Shown one piece after another: positions 1-14,115 of a stretch of 64,000 nucleotides of DNA (its first letter is position 1; every line of letters starts with the position of its first letter). Source of the DNA: Octopus bimaculoides (lineage: Eukaryota); contig NC_068990.1 in assembly GCF_001194135.2 (NCBI RefSeq), forward strand, positions 5,719,277-5,783,276, given 5' to 3'. Under the pieces are notes generated by a model. That model saw only the letters and a list, made by a program, of their open reading frames with translations, had not been told where the DNA came from and did no database searches. The position numbers and the translations under genes were made by a program.

Positions 1-187
1 ATTGCTACTTTTAACTAATTTTCCTCTTTTCAGGGTTGCTTTGGCACATTTTTCTAATCCGAATTTCATTTCTATTTCCTTGGTAAAGCCGTGTACTGTC
101 TGTAGTAGTGTTTCTAGCTCTTTGTCGTTTTTTGCATATAATTTTAGGTCATCCATATATAGAAGGTGGCTGACTGTTTTTCCATAG
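1..187 (-). mobile_element. R4/Dong-type non-LTR retrotransposon RT fragment (continues off the window edge)
   Basis: The minus strand is open for 62 codons: YGKTVSHLLYMDDLKLYAKNDKELETLLQTVHGFTKEIEMKFGLEKCAKATLKRGK. It contains the RT catalytic YMDD motif and the FGLEKC motif typical of R4/Dong. Confidence 0.9.
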
Positions 188-219
188 CATTTGTAACCGC
201 ATCCAGTTCTATTTAGCAA

Positions 220-285
<66 letters not shown>

Positions 286-300
286 CATCATCATCATCAT

Positions 301-620
301 GGCAGCGAGCTGGCAGAATTGTTAGCGCACGGAATGAAATGCTTAGCGGTATTTCGCCCGTCGCTACGTTCCGAGTTCAAATTCCGCCTTTCATCCTTCC
401 GAGGTCGATAAATCAAGTACCAGTTGAATACTGGTGTCGATGTAATCGACTCGTCCCCTCCCACCAAACTGCTGCCGTTTGATCAAATCCTGCCGAGATC
501 AACTTTCCCTTTCATCCTCTCGGGATCGATAAAATAAGCACCAGTTGAGCGCTGGTCTCGATAAAATCAATTCGTCCCTTACCCCGAACTTGCTAGCCTT
601 CTGCCAACATTTGGAACCAA
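301..620 (+). mobile_element. tRNA-derived SINE family A, one copy plus a partial second copy
   Basis: Head ggcagcgagctggcagaattgttagc, B-box-like gagttcaaattcc and body gcctttcatcc...gtcgata...agtaccag. The same sequence recurs about 12 times in the window. Confidence 0.85.
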
Positions 621-744
621 CGTCTATACAAACTAGTAGCCTAGGAGGTAGGTAACCGTGATCTTGATCATGAGGTCATAGATTCGATTCCTGGTACAAA
701 AGGCGTGTAATGTCCTTGGCCAATTTACTGTACTTCATTAAGTT

Positions 745-1165
745 GGCGGGCTGGCAGAAACGTTAGCACACCGGGCGAAATGCTTAGCTGTATTTCGTCT
801 GCCGCTACGTTCTGAGTTCAAATTACGTCGAGGTCGACTTTGCCTTTCATCCTTTCGGGGTCGATTAAATGAGTACCAGTTACGCACTGGAGTCGATATA
901 ATCGACTTAATCCGTTTATCTGTCCTTGTTTGCCTCTCTGTGTGTAGCCCCTTGTGGGCAGTAAAAAATAAGAAATGTTAGCACACCGGGCGAAATGCTT
1001 AGCTGCATTTCGTCTGTCTTTACGTTCTGAGTTCAAATTCTGCCAAGGTCGACTTTGCCTTTCATCCTTTCGGGGTCGGTAAATTAAGTACCAGTTGCGT
1101 ACTGGGAGCGATCTAATCGACTGGCCTCCTCCTCCCAAATTTCAGGCCTTGTGCCTAGAATAGAA
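745..1165 (+). mobile_element. SINE family A, head-to-tail pair
   Basis: Two consecutive copies of gttagcacaccgggcgaaatgcttag...gttctgagttcaaatt...gtcgactttgcctttcatcctttcggggtc. Confidence 0.9.
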
Positions 1166-1544
1166 AAGAAATTTACTTTACTTCACTCTTGAGGTTGAAC
1201 CAGCAGTTTTCTTTACTATGCGACAATTTATATATGAGCGTTAGATTGCATAATCCGTTTTTCTGGATACCTTTGTTTCTGAAGTTCACTCTAGANNNNN
1301 NNNNNNNNNNNNNNNNNNNNNNNNNNNNNNNNNNNNNNNNNNNNNNNNNNNNNNNNNNNNNNNNNNNNNNNNNNNNNNNNNNNNNNAATTCAATTCGGTC
1401 CGCTTAGCTTCTGAATATACTTCGTTTAATTCACTGATAAAACTGTCGACTTAATCTTCAAACACATCTGTCAAACTTTGTAGTTGAACCTATCTACATC
1501 TTGTGGTGAAGACTTGTTCTATTTATAACTGTGAAAACGTACAT

Positions 1545-1807
1545 GGTGGTAGTAGTGGTGGTGGTGGTGGTGGTGGTGGCAGCGGCGGCGAAGGCGGGGA
1601 TGGTGGTGGCGGCGGCGGTGGTTGTGGTGGTGGTGGTGGTGGTGGTAGTTTTGGTGGTGCTGGTCCTGGTAATAATGGTGGTAGTGATAACGGAGGGTGA
1701 TTATAAAGACAATGATGAGGATGAGAACGGGAGACGACCATCACAATAACCACCACGATGATGTCGTCGACGACGACGATGACGATGATGACGATGATGA
1801 CGATGAT

Positions 1808-1839
<32 letters not shown>

Positions 1840-1856
1840 TGATGACGATGATGATT
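1545..1856. repeat. Compound GGT/GGC and GAC/GAT trinucleotide low-complexity tract
   Basis: Read directly; it explains the poly-Gly, poly-Pro and His/Arg ORF calls. Confidence 0.95.
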
Positions 1857-3752
1857 TTTGTTATTAAATTTTAAAGAAATATTCTTATGTCTAGCATTAA
1901 TTCTGAACATGTCCATGATGATTGTACAATCATGTTGGTATACATTTACATGTTCTTTTTTATTGTGAATGGTTTATTAGCATTTGTCCACAAGGCAATT
2001 TATCTCAATAAACTCACTTAATATATACTCGGTTCTTGAAACAAATTCATCTCTCTGCTGACACTGACAGCATTTACAAACACTATATGATTGCTTAGTT
2101 AAAAATTGTAGTTAATATTCTGAAATTAAAATTACTACTGTCAATTTCAAAGTCTGATGACATACGTGTGCGTCTGACAAATTCATAAATATATGCAGTC
2201 TATTAAATTTGTTCAAGGTAGGTTTGACACAATAGCAGCACATATCAAATACAGAGAGTCTCTCCAAGCCTTAAATAATGAAAGATAAATTTGAAAACCT
2301 TCGTGAAATTTAAACCTAGAATTTAAAACTGAGATACAAAATATTACAAGCAACTTAGTAATATGTTTCGGCAATACTTTAACTCTGAAAATTTTTATTT
2401 TTTGGCATCTTGCAAACGTAAGTATACATAAATGTGTGGTGCAGGACACGCAGGGCCCCTGGCAAAATGCGTAGCGATATAATTCAATTTTGTGTCAAAG
2501 TTAGACTTCATTACTCTTTAAACAGGATCAAACAAAATGGCTAAGTGTGCAAAACATTTATTGTGACATCAACCCCACAAGGCTCCGAGTCTTCTATATA
2601 TGGCAATAAACATTAAACCTTTTTGTTGCAGATCTATTTTCTATCTTCGCTAATTGCGTAAATCGCAACGCTTTTCTGCGGATGACTACACATTCTTTTA
2701 TAAAATGATCTGATTCTCGTATCCAAGTGAAAAACACCCGGTAGATTAAAAAGTTCGCTCATCAACACACTTCTATATCTCATACATAGTTTACATTAGC
2801 ACTATCTCTTTTACCATGCCTATAATATTTTCTCCGACTTTGTATCCCCGATCTAAAACTGCTGAAATGCCATCCACCTCTGCTATTCTGTATCTAAGCA
2901 TAAACTCCCAACACTAAATTATATCGTCAATGTCACTTTTTCCAATAGTGATCAATATGCAGGAGTTAAATATGAACATTAGTGACTCCTATTTCATCAT
3001 ACAAGGAAGATATGAATTGATTATTGTGGGTTGCTCTATCCACTCATTGTTAATATAGAAATAATATTTCATAAAGAACAATACTGTGCAGAAATATGTA
3101 TAATTGACTCTCAAGACACAATGCGGAGTTGTAAATGACATTAATCTGCGGTTTCATAGTGTTAAGAGGATGAACGATATATATTTTCAGTGCCGACCTT
3201 AATTCAAATAAAACATCGAACACTGAGCTAAATTGATTGAATGTACTAAAAGTCGCCTTTCGACATTCAAACAAGGAATCGAAACCGATCACCTTTGAGG
3301 AGGCAATTCAATTCGATGCATTTAATTTCTGTTCCTGAACATTAAGCAAATCACACAGAAAAAATCCTGATGGACATGACGCCAACTGGGAAACATTTGT
3401 TGGCATTCCAGACAATTTATGAAAATGTTCATTGCCTAGACTGGAAAATGGTTAAATATCTTTGAAAAGTAAGAAGAATTACATTGGTCGATTGCATTCT
3501 TCCCACGATACTACTGGTACATATCTAATTTAGAAGTATGGTTGGTTAAATTCTTTTGTATTCATATCTCATTTCAAATTATTGTATTTGAATATAGAAG
3601 ATTAGTCTGCTATATTTTGTTTGTAACTCTACTACATCTAAATATCTTTACAATACACTAAAATATCAACAGTTATACGTGTGTGAGTGTGAGTGTGTAT
3701 ATGTGTGCGTGTAGCTTCGCGTATACACACACATACATAGATACATACATAG

Positions 3753-3818
<66 letters not shown>

Positions 3819-3869
3819 GTGCATACCTAGGTACATACTTTCACACATACATACAAATATTGATATTCA

Positions 3870-5120
3870 ATTTGCTGCTAGTCATCGAGATGTTTTGATA
3901 GTCTGGTGACTATGATTGTTATAAATAGCTTACAGAAGTGAGACAAGAGGCATATGGGCCGATAATTTCTTAATTTTCTTTATAATCCGTCGTATGAACC
4001 AAGATGTTACTCGACTCTTTCCACAGCGACGCTGTTTTACCCTCATTCAGATGGCGATTGAAGTGTAGAACGAGGATTCTCAACAGTTCTTCACCTCTGC
4101 ATCATAACGTATCTGTTGTTCTGCCATCTTTTCCAGGAGCTTTCTCTATTTTCGTCAGCTTGAGAGCATTTTCAGTTCTACTGAACAGAATAAACGGCAC
4201 TTCTTTCAATATTTGTGGTTGTGGTGGATTGCATTTCACTGATGACTTTAAAAAAGTTGTTGAAGATTTTGCATGCTTCTTCCATTTCCCCTTTGTTACC
4301 GCGAACTCATCCTTCATAAGCGTTGTCGCCTCTGACTTACAGAGTTCGAGCTCCCCTCTCTAATTCTTTTTAGAACTGTGCAGCCTGCATAATTTTCTAA
4401 GTCCTTTCCTTGATGTCTGATCGCTTTCGAGTGAATGGAATACTCAGGGGAAGCTTTCATGTTCCTTTTCACATTCTTCCGTTTCTGTAGCATTTTCTTC
4501 GTTTCCTCTCAGATACTTCCGACAGGGTCTCGCTGGCTTGTAGCTCTCGCCTTCCACTAGCAGCTTTTAATTTTCTGGACCAGTGAACTGTAGCCCTTAT
4601 CCAGCTCTTCAAGCTGACTCCAAGCTTTCACCTTCACGGCGTCCTGTGACTGCGTCACATCGAAAGCTTCGACGTGTTTATTCTTCATTGACATGTGCAG
4701 TGCCTTTTTCTCTCTGATACTGTTGATTAAGGTCTTCGCGCCAAGCAAGTGATGGTCACAGCATGCGTTGAATTGCGCTATCACCGCAACGTCCTGAAAT
4801 ATGCGCAAGTATGTAGTAAATGTATTATTTGTATAGAGCGTTTGAGGCTGTCCCGGTCCATCTCCTTCCAGATTGCTTCCTAAATAGGCTTTTCCGAATG
4901 TAAAGTCTTCTTGCCTTTGCCAAACGTTCTCCTCTTTCTTTTCTCTCTCGCGAGGTTTCTAACATATTTTTTCTCACTGGCGTTCTTTTCGAACCTTTGC
5001 GGTTTAAATCTCCCATCATCATGGTGTAAGTGGATTTGTGACCTAGCACTTTCTCTAGCTCTTGGTGGAATTCTTCCACTCCATCGACTTCCATGGCATT
5101 TGTGGGATCATAAGTCTGGA
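3870..5120 (-). mobile_element. Decayed RTE-clade LINE (APE endonuclease to RT N-terminus)
   Basis: The minus strand gives [25 protein letters not shown]...TMMMGDLN (APE), KAPGKDG, WKESSNILV and RNYRPI (RT N-terminus), with stops and frameshifts. Confidence 0.85.
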
Positions 5121-5124
5121 AGAC

Positions 5125-5311
<187 letters not shown>

Positions 5312-5676
5312 CTAATGAAATGACCTAATGCTGTGAACTTATTCATATTGTTCCTTTTTGCTGCGTCAAACAGATGTCTGTTCCTACAAATGCAAAGAAT
5401 CATAAATAATTGTATGATTTATGTATGTATTCATACATACATGCACACGTGATTGTGTGTGTTTGTGTTTGTATATGTGTGTATGTTTGTGTATGTGTGT
5501 GTGTGTGTGTTCAAATAGCCGCAAATTTCACTCACCTAAACACAAAATTTTTGTAGTAGCTAATGCTCAATAAATATTCTAAACTTTGCGCTATTATAAT
5601 ATATTTATGTTAAGGAAATACATTGGAAAACTTGAATATATCATACAGAGAACGCACATACACACAAATGCATACA

Positions 5677-5727
<51 letters not shown>

Positions 5728-5900
5728 CTTAAGGATGACGTCAAAAGCAACATTAAGGCTCTAATTATGAATGTTGAAGACTGGAAGCAGATGACACAAG
5801 ATCGATCGGTTTGGAAAGAAGTGATCTACATTGGCGATAAGACATTTTACATACGGTGAATCGAACAATCCATCTTGAAACGAGCACTTCGTAAACAGGA
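5728..5900 (+). mobile_element. RTE LINE 3' coding end relic
   Basis: LKDDVKSNIKALIMNVEDWKQMTQDRSVWK resembles the RTE C-terminal motif (KD..K..LK..I..W...A.DR..W). Confidence 0.65.
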
Positions 5901-6906
5901 TTTCACTTCAATGCCAGACACGTTTCCCTTTGAACAGAAGGTTATAACATCTGCAGTAGATTCCTTGTTACTGCAGGATCAATTTCTGGCAAGATCCATC
6001 CGACAGGCATCTCAAGAGTTTTATTTACGTAAATAAAATTAGGTGAATAAGATATGGTCGACCTGAAGCTATACAAAATAGAACTTGCAAAAGATGCCAC
6101 TTAATGGAATTGAAACGGGATCATCAGGGTTACACAGAAAACTTCTTACCCATTCGGCTATACTGTGCCTGCACATATAGACATACGTACACATATCCTC
6201 AGACATAAACACATACATATGCGTATGTATATATATATATATATATATATTTCTTTTGGGGGGATTTACTATGCGTATGTGTATGAGGAAGTGCGGGTGG
6301 GTGCTGTATGTTTTAAAACGTCAGAGAAATAATTTAAAGGGGAAAATAGGAAGGATCTGGATGAGTTATTTAAAAGGTATTTTACCGAATGCTTTACACC
6401 AAAGATTCTAATTTCTTCAAATTTTTCTCTAAGCTGGAGAAGATAAACAATAACTTAGCGGCACATGTTAGCGACTATCAAAGACAAGGGAAGGCATTAA
6501 TAAGTTTCTAAAGTAAATTTGTATACTCTAGGAAAGGCAATCCCAATTTTGTAGTTGGAAAGAAATAATTATAAACATCATATTTGACTTTTCAAAATTC
6601 GTCATCACAAAATACTCAATTACACAGATATACAGGCACGCGCGCGTGCATAGATATGTTTCCATAGTACTCCCCAAACACCCATTCCCATATCATGAAG
6701 AAAAACCAGCCAAACGTTTAGTGATTTTCTGTGATCAAAACCAACGATTCATTGAAAGCAAAAGCAGCGAGATATTTAATCAAAACAACCATCCCAAAAG
6801 TCAATTTGTCTGTTTCATTCTTCAACAAAGAGCAGTCACTTATTTAAACACACGCACACTCGCACACACGCGCACACACGCACACACACACATACATACA
6901 CATACA

Positions 6907-6959
<53 letters not shown>

Positions 6960-7288
6960 TGAAATCAAAATACAGCGGGACATACACAACAAATATATCA
7001 CTGAAACAAAAGATTCTCCGTAAAAATTAACCTTTCCAAGAACTCATTTGTTGTTTGCTTAATGAATCATCACTCTCGCATATACAACTACCACATGTAC
7101 ACACATACACACATGAATGTATAGAGTCAAAACAACAAGCAGGTAGATATACTATTTAATTGACCACTCCCGAAATTCACTGATTCTTCGTCCAGCCCCA
7201 GATTCAAGTAAACAATTTTTTAAAAATAATATTTCACTTTCTAACATTCTCCAACAAACAGCTGACATTTTTCACACACACACACACA

Positions 7289-7327
<39 letters not shown>

Positions 7328-7958
7328 ACATGCACAAACACACTCACTCACACACACATACACACAGACATATATACACATATATATATATATATATCTA
7401 TATAAAGTGCTCCCCACTGCATACAGTAATCTGCACTTATGGAAATATTCTATGGAGTGCTAAAGATAAGTAGTAACTAATAAACAATATTGCACCAGTT
7501 TCGTACACATACATACATACTCATATGTATATATATATATAATGGATAAATTAAGAAATGGAGTCAAACGCAGGTGTAATTCAAATCATTTATACTTCCA
7601 AGATATGTTTCCAAGAAAGCATCGAGATTATTCCGGAGGGAATATAAACGATGTAAAACAATGCAATCAACGTGTCAGGGAATAAAAGGGAAACAAAACA
7701 CATCAATAAGCCGCGTATATGATGAAGGCGAACGCTAGCAAGTTATTTAGAAAAAAAAAACGTTTATACATTTAATGTCAAAGGTAATTAGAGAAAGAAA
7801 AGGAGGAGAAAGAAAGAAATTATGAGAAAATTAAGAGTGGAAATATAGAATGTGACAGGTGAGTGGGAATAAAGTTTAAAAGCGTGGAAATAGATATATG
7901 TAGTAGAAATGAAATGTAGGGAGACAGATAAAGGTCGAATTTTATAGACTGGTAAAAA

Positions 7959-8260
7959 TTACTTATAGCGATAAACGAGTTCCTTAAACGTGTTTACTAG
8001 AGTATTCACCGAGAAAAGGATGAGAAACTGTTCTTCGTTACAAAGTGGACAAAAATATTTACCTTTGTCATATGGGAAGGATCTAGATAGAATTTTCCAT
8101 TCCAAATCGAATTGTTCATAATGTTTCTTTAGGGACCAAATTAATTTACTAAGCCTTGTATTGTTGCGTTTATTGACATGTCTAGATGTAGAGTAATAGT
8201 TAGATATTCTTTCCGACAACTGAGACGATGAGCTACCTATATAAAAAAAAGACATCAGAA
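7959..8260 (-). mobile_element. Penelope-like element GIY-YIG endonuclease relic 1
   Basis: FYIGSSS...NTRLSKLIWSLK...EWKILSRSFPYDKGKYFCPLCNEE matches the PLE GIY-YIG C-terminal pattern (YIG, T.LSK.IW.LK, W.IL, PY, C.LC..E). Confidence 0.85.
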
Positions 8261-9796
8261 CCAGAAGTAAGTTTACATTGATAACAGAGTTTCTAGTCTT
8301 AGAACTACTGCTAAGGAAACGAATACGATTCGAATTTATATCAGAAATATTAATGTTGTTATTATTGTTCAAAGAATGGTTAGCGTTAATAATATTACTG
8401 TTATTATTTTCCTCAGAACGTTATGGTCTTGTGTCTTTATTAGTAATTATTATTGTTTACATTATTTGAGAAGCATGGCAGAAACTTTAAGGTGATGGAC
8501 AAAAGTTTTGTGCTATTTAGTTAGGTTTTCTTTATTATGTTCTGAGTTGATATCTCGTTGTTATTCTTACCCACTGTCAAATACTAGGGCTAGTTATAAT
8601 TAACTATTCTCCTCCAACTAATGCCTTCTGACCCCTGTTAACGTTACAATTTATTAATGTAATTTACAGCTTTAGGTTTCAAGTACATTTATACAAACAC
8701 TTTCTGCATTTATGAGCGAATTACTTTTAACAACCACTTAATCTAAGAATGTTTGGTATATACATTGTATTTTTCTCCTAACCTCTCCCTTTCGTTTTAT
8801 ATTTAAGAAGTGCTTAATACTACCTTACCTTTTTGCCAGGTGTACATGAAAACATAGAGATCCTAGCAATTTTCACACATGTACAGTATATTACATCGGT
8901 AAAATAATTACATAAAAGCAGTTTGTCGCTTGAGACACTTGATACTTTGCAACCTCTTTTTCTACTTGATCTTAATGCTAGTGTTACAATATTTTAATGT
9001 ATAAATGATTTCACGTTCTTGTCATGTTTCCGGAAGAATATGAAGTCTCTTTCTTTCGTCTAATAATTACACGGGAGGACAGAATGTTACATATTCCTTT
9101 ACACTGGGCAGTTGGTGTTCACAATTATTATTTCACAAGTCTTTCGGTTTGTTATCTTTGTTTTGTTTTTGTGTTTTTGTTTTTGTGTGCGCCATTACTG
9201 TACAATTCTGTGGGCCTCGGGTACATAAATGCTTCGCTTTCAAGATTTTTCATAACCTTCAATAAACACTATATAATATGTACTCAATGCAAATGTAGCG
9301 CTATTTCCTTTGTACTGTGTATTTGTGTAATACTGACGTTTTACGTTACATATTTGTCTGCATCTAGTCTAATCATTTCCGGGAAATCTCTTATTACAAT
9401 ATCTGTTTATGTCTTCACTCGTCAAATTCTGGATATTACTAATTGAATCTTGATGAGGTTCTTCACTTCCATTAGAGGTATATTGTCATCTGTAGAAACG
9501 GAAGACTAAATCTGCAGTTCTTGATCGAATCGGCTAGACTTAGAGTTGTACGATGCATTAACACAACCTAGGTGATAGACACTTTCCACTATGCGGGTGA
9601 ACCCTTCTTATTTGTATGTATTGTGTACTGTTTTCAAGACCGTCTAAACGTATATTGTGCATTTGCCTATTCTTGTTTAACACATGCACGCACAAAGACG
9701 CGCTCACAGACGCACATGTACATACATACATGCATACATACATATATACATACATACATACATACATACATACCGACCCTGGGCAAAATAAGCTTA

Positions 9797-9947
9797 AGGG
9801 CGGTGAGCTGGCAGAATCGTTAGCACGCCAGGTGAACTAACTAGCAGTATTTCGTCAACCGTTACGTTTTGAGTTCCAATTCTGCCGAGGTCGACTTTGC
9901 CTTTCATCCTTTCGGGGTCGATTAAAGAAGTACCAGTTATGCACTGA
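9797..9947 (+). mobile_element. SINE family A copy
   Basis: ggcggtgagctggcagaatcgttagcacgcc...gaggtcgactttgcctttcatcctttcggggtcga. Confidence 0.85.
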
Positions 9948-10082
9948 AGACGGGGTGCGCAAGTATATAGCTGTATATGTGGTTATGTGGACGCGCACAT
10001 ATGGTTTTGCGGGAATGTCTGTATTGATGCGAGTGAACGCATCTGTACATGGGCGCGCGCACACCCGCCAGCTCGCATACAC

Positions 10083-10161
<79 letters not shown>

Positions 10162-10544
10162 CGGTCATGCGCGTGCGTGAAAACACATACACGCAGTCAC
10201 ACACACATGTATACACATGCATGCACACACGCATACACACATATCCACACATGTGTATTCATTCATACGTACAATGCATGCAATGTATACATGCATGTAT
10301 GTATATTAGTATACGCATGCCCATGCGCACCCGCGCGCATGCATGAATAATCGTTGGCGATTAGTAAGCGTTAGGATTTCGTAAACCTTGAGGATTGGTA
10401 AGCGTTGGGGATTGGTGGGCGTTGAGGGTTCGTAATTGGTGGTCTTGCTCATGGGGCTGGTTGGTTGGTTGGTTGGTGACGGTGACCTTGGTGCAGAGCA
10501 GCAGCTGGTTTTCAAATGTTGTATATCCGGGTTGTCTGCAGTCA

Positions 10545-10830
10545 GAGGCTTGAAATTCGCTAGAAATTTGCTGGTGACAGCAATCAGATGAACCTTATTT
10601 CTTATTGATGGATACTACGGGTTGTTGGAAGTTATGCAGTTTTTTGCGTTGGCAGAGCTGGCGGTTGGGGCGCCGGGTGAATATGGTGGCGCTCTGTCGA
10701 CAATAGTCCACCTGATGATGGGTGTTTCGTCTCGAAGATCATGGAATCTCCAGAGAAAATTAGATCTGAGCGAGTGCATATGGTGGGAGTATCTTCCCTT
10801 GAAGTAGTTGATTGTCATACCCCTATAGTG
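10545..10830 (-). mobile_element. Penelope-like GIY-YIG relic 2
   Basis: MTINYFKGRYSHHMHSLRSNFLW...IRWTIVDRAPPYSPG, then across a frameshift (C)QLCQRKKL...SINKK. Confidence 0.75.
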
Positions 10831-10892
10831 CCTAGTAATGCCATCAGATGGTGTAACGGTGGCATTTCAGACGAGTGCCTATAATAGAAAGC

Positions 10893-11112
10893 AAGGCGAC
10901 GAACTGGCAGAATCGCCGGACGAAATGCTTAGCGGTATTTCGTCCGCCGCTACGTTCTCAATTCAAGTTCTGAGTTCTGAGTTCCACCGAGGTCGATTTT
11001 GCTTTTCATCCTTTCGAGGTCCATAAATTAAGTACCAGTTACACGCTGGGGTCGACGTTATTGACTGGTCCCCTCCCCCCAAATTTCAGGCCTTGTGCCT
11101 ATAGCAGAAAGG

Positions 11113-11150
<38 letters not shown>

Positions 11151-11366
11151 CATCAAGGCGACGAGCTGGCAGAATCGTTAGTACGTCGGTCAAAATTATT
11201 AGTAGCAGTTCACCCGTCTTTACTTTCTGAGTTCAAATTTCATTGAGGTCGACTTTGCCTTTCATCCTTTCGAAGTCGATAAAATAAGTACCAGTTACGC
11301 ACTGGGGTTGATGGAATTGGCGTGCCTCCTATGAAAACTTACTGACCTTGTGCCAAAATTTGAAAT
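10893..11366 (+). mobile_element. SINE family A, two copies separated by an (ATT)n tail
   Basis: aaggcgacgaactggcagaatc at 10893 and aaggcgacgagctggcagaatc at about 11156. Confidence 0.9.
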
Positions 11367-13167
11367 GATTATTATCATCATCACCGCCGTTATAATTATT
11401 ATTATTGCTATTGTTGATATTAATATTTTTACTATTATTAAAAATAATCTTATTGTTGTTATTCTTATTTTGTTTACTTTTTTATAATACTTATTATTCT
11501 CATTTTATTCATGAACATTCAACAAATGCAAAGATGTGTTCTTAAGAATTTCTTTAATTCATTTCCTTGAAAATGTCTAAATGCTGTCAATGTAGGCATA
11601 ATTATTTTTATCGTGTAATAACTTGATATTTGTTAAATAAATTTTCTTTATTACATAATTCCAGAATTATATTTATGGAAACGCAAAGACACACACACAC
11701 ACACATATACATATACATATAAATGTACACGTACTCAAATATGCATATGTGTGGGCATATGAATGCATGTATGCGTGTACATATATATATGTATGTACAT
11801 ATATATAAATATATATATCGTTCCATGAACATACCTCGCTATATAATGAATCTTTCTAAAGGATATATATTCCTCGCAAACTTAAAGAAATATATAAACA
11901 CATATATTATTCAAATCTATAGAAAACATGTGTGAATCTGATAAAAAGACATTCATATAACCATGTGATATTTATATACTGCATTTACATATACACATAT
12001 GCACAAATGTATAAATTCATACATACATGCATATGTATGTGTGTGCGCATGTGAGTATGTGTATGTGTGTGTATAAATATACATATGTACACACACATGG
12101 ATGGTGTACGGGTTGTATGTATAATTTTGTGCGCCTCTATGTTTGTATATGTAACATTTTATGACTTTGATGACTACGTAGCTATATAAGCTCGTTCATG
12201 TTCTTTTGTACATATGTACATTTCTAAATAGGTCTGCATATGTGCGTGTATCAGAGAGAGACAGACAGACTGAGAATGGGAGTGAGAGAGAGAGAAATTA
12301 TTTGCTTTATTTGGTGGTTATTTGTGTTACGTATATATCTTAGATGAAGTAGTTTCGTTTCTGAGAATATTCGTGTGATGTGGTTAAGAAGCTTACTTTT
12401 CAACAACATGGTATCGGTTTCAGCCCCACCGCGCCGTACTTTGGGCATGTGTCTTCTGCTATAGCTCCGAGCCGATCAATTCCTGTGCAGACCCGTCGTA
12501 TTGGTGTGTTTGTGTATGTTTGTGTATCTGTAACTTTGTGTTTATGTTGTGATTTCCCCTCAATGCTTGACATCAGATATTGGTTTACTTGCCTGCTCCT
12601 AACTTAGCAGTCCAGTAAGAGACCAAGAGCTTAATTAGCAGACTTAAGAGTGTGTATGTGGGCTATTTTTTCGATTAAACTTTCCTAAGCTGCGTCGCAG
12701 CATGACCGTGAATGAATGAGTGTACCACGGAAAAAAGATAACGAAACAAAAATGATACCTTAAGAAAAGCCTGGTATAATTCAATCTCAAATTTGTCAGA
12801 GCAACAAACACACGTGTGTGTGTGTGCTTGCGTTCGCGTGTGTATATGGAATATCTTGGGCAAACGTGATTCTCTATGACCTTGGATCAGCCCATATAAC
12901 GTGATTCAGATTGGGTGCTAAGAAAAATGTAAGGTAGCACGTCGGATGGATTATGTATGTAATTCAAGAAGGGTACGGCCTTGTCATTCTCTATATCAGT
13001 CTGATCTCGTTTCACCTGATGTTATGGGTACACGTGCTTTTGGAATGCTGAACTTTGTTCACGTTAATTCAGGAAAGAGGGAATGAGAAACAAGTAAACA
13101 AATGAATCCAGCTGATCGTGCGCCTGTGTTTGCGTGCGAATAATTATATGTATGTTTGTGTGTATGC

Positions 13168-13219
<52 letters not shown>

Positions 13220-13499
13220 NNNNNNNNNNNNNNNNNNNNNNNNNNNNNNNNNNNNNNNNNNNNNNNNNNNNNNNNNNNNNNNNNNNNNNNNNNNNNNNNN
13301 NNNNNNNNNNNNNNNNNNNNNNNNNNNNNNNNNNNNNNNNNNNNNNNNNNNNNNNNNNNNNNNNNNNNNNNNNNNNNNNNNNNNNNNNNNNNNNNNNNNN
13401 NNNNNNNNNNNNNNNNNNNNNNNNNNNNNNNNNNNNNAGAACTTAGATTTGTTTCGACCAAAGATTGGCCCAGGCCATGTCTAACTTAATAGCACCACC

Positions 13500-14115
13500 T
13501 GATAGGATTATCTAAATCCTTTTTACGGTCAAGTTTTGTTTATGGTCCATTCAAGTAGTGAGTTCTTATTGAGTGAGTTGTATCCAGGTATGGGTGCCTT
13601 GTCTGGTATTCCTTGAAGAAATCTGTCTAGACTCCGTTTAAAGCTGATAGAATCCTTTTCGTCTTTTATCTGTTTCTGGACAATGTTAAACAGGGCAGGG
13701 CCTGTTGAGGAAAAGAAATTATGTCACAGTGTACCTATATGTTGTGATCCTGAATTGGGCAGGGGACGTATGGCTCGTGGTCCCAGCCTTGGATGAACCT
13801 TGAAACTAATGTTCAGATCGTTTGGGTAATGCTGGCGATATATTTTCCACTGGAGAGTGTAGAGCTTCAAGGCTTTAAGGTGGTCCCAGGAATTAAGATC
13901 TGTCATGCTTTCAATTCGTTTTGTGAGTGCCCTCTGGGGAGATTCAATCCTCGAGATGTTTTGTTTTGTGTAGAGAGACCACAAGGGGCAGCAGTATTTG
14001 AGGTGTGGCCGTACAAAGGAGAAAAGTGGAATGATGACACCTTGTTCTTTGGACCGGAAGGTTCTTAAGATCCAGGAGTTCATCCTACGAGCTATGTTGA
14101 CCTTATTGTTGATGT
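13500..14115 (-). mobile_element. CR1/L2-type LINE RT C-terminal relic
   Basis: WILRTFRSK...FVRPHLKYCCPLWS...IESPQRALTKRI...LKALKLYTLQ, then GPALFN...FKRSLDRFL. Confidence 0.85.

Noticed and set aside
1503-1916. Gly-rich, Pro-rich and His/Arg-rich ORFs
   Set aside because: They are translations of GGT/GAC microsatellites, open in several frames on both strands, with no splice context.
2640-3000. Faint RTE-like RT echo on the minus strand (AEVDGISA...GENII)
   Set aside because: There are too few conserved residues to support a feature.
7590-7660. Possible hammerhead downstream of PLE relic 1 (minus strand)
   Set aside because: The core is unrecognisable (ctccgga) and there is no stem II.
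9200-9610. 140-aa plus-strand ORF and a semi-open minus frame
   Set aside because: No recognisable motif, and multiple stops on the minus strand.
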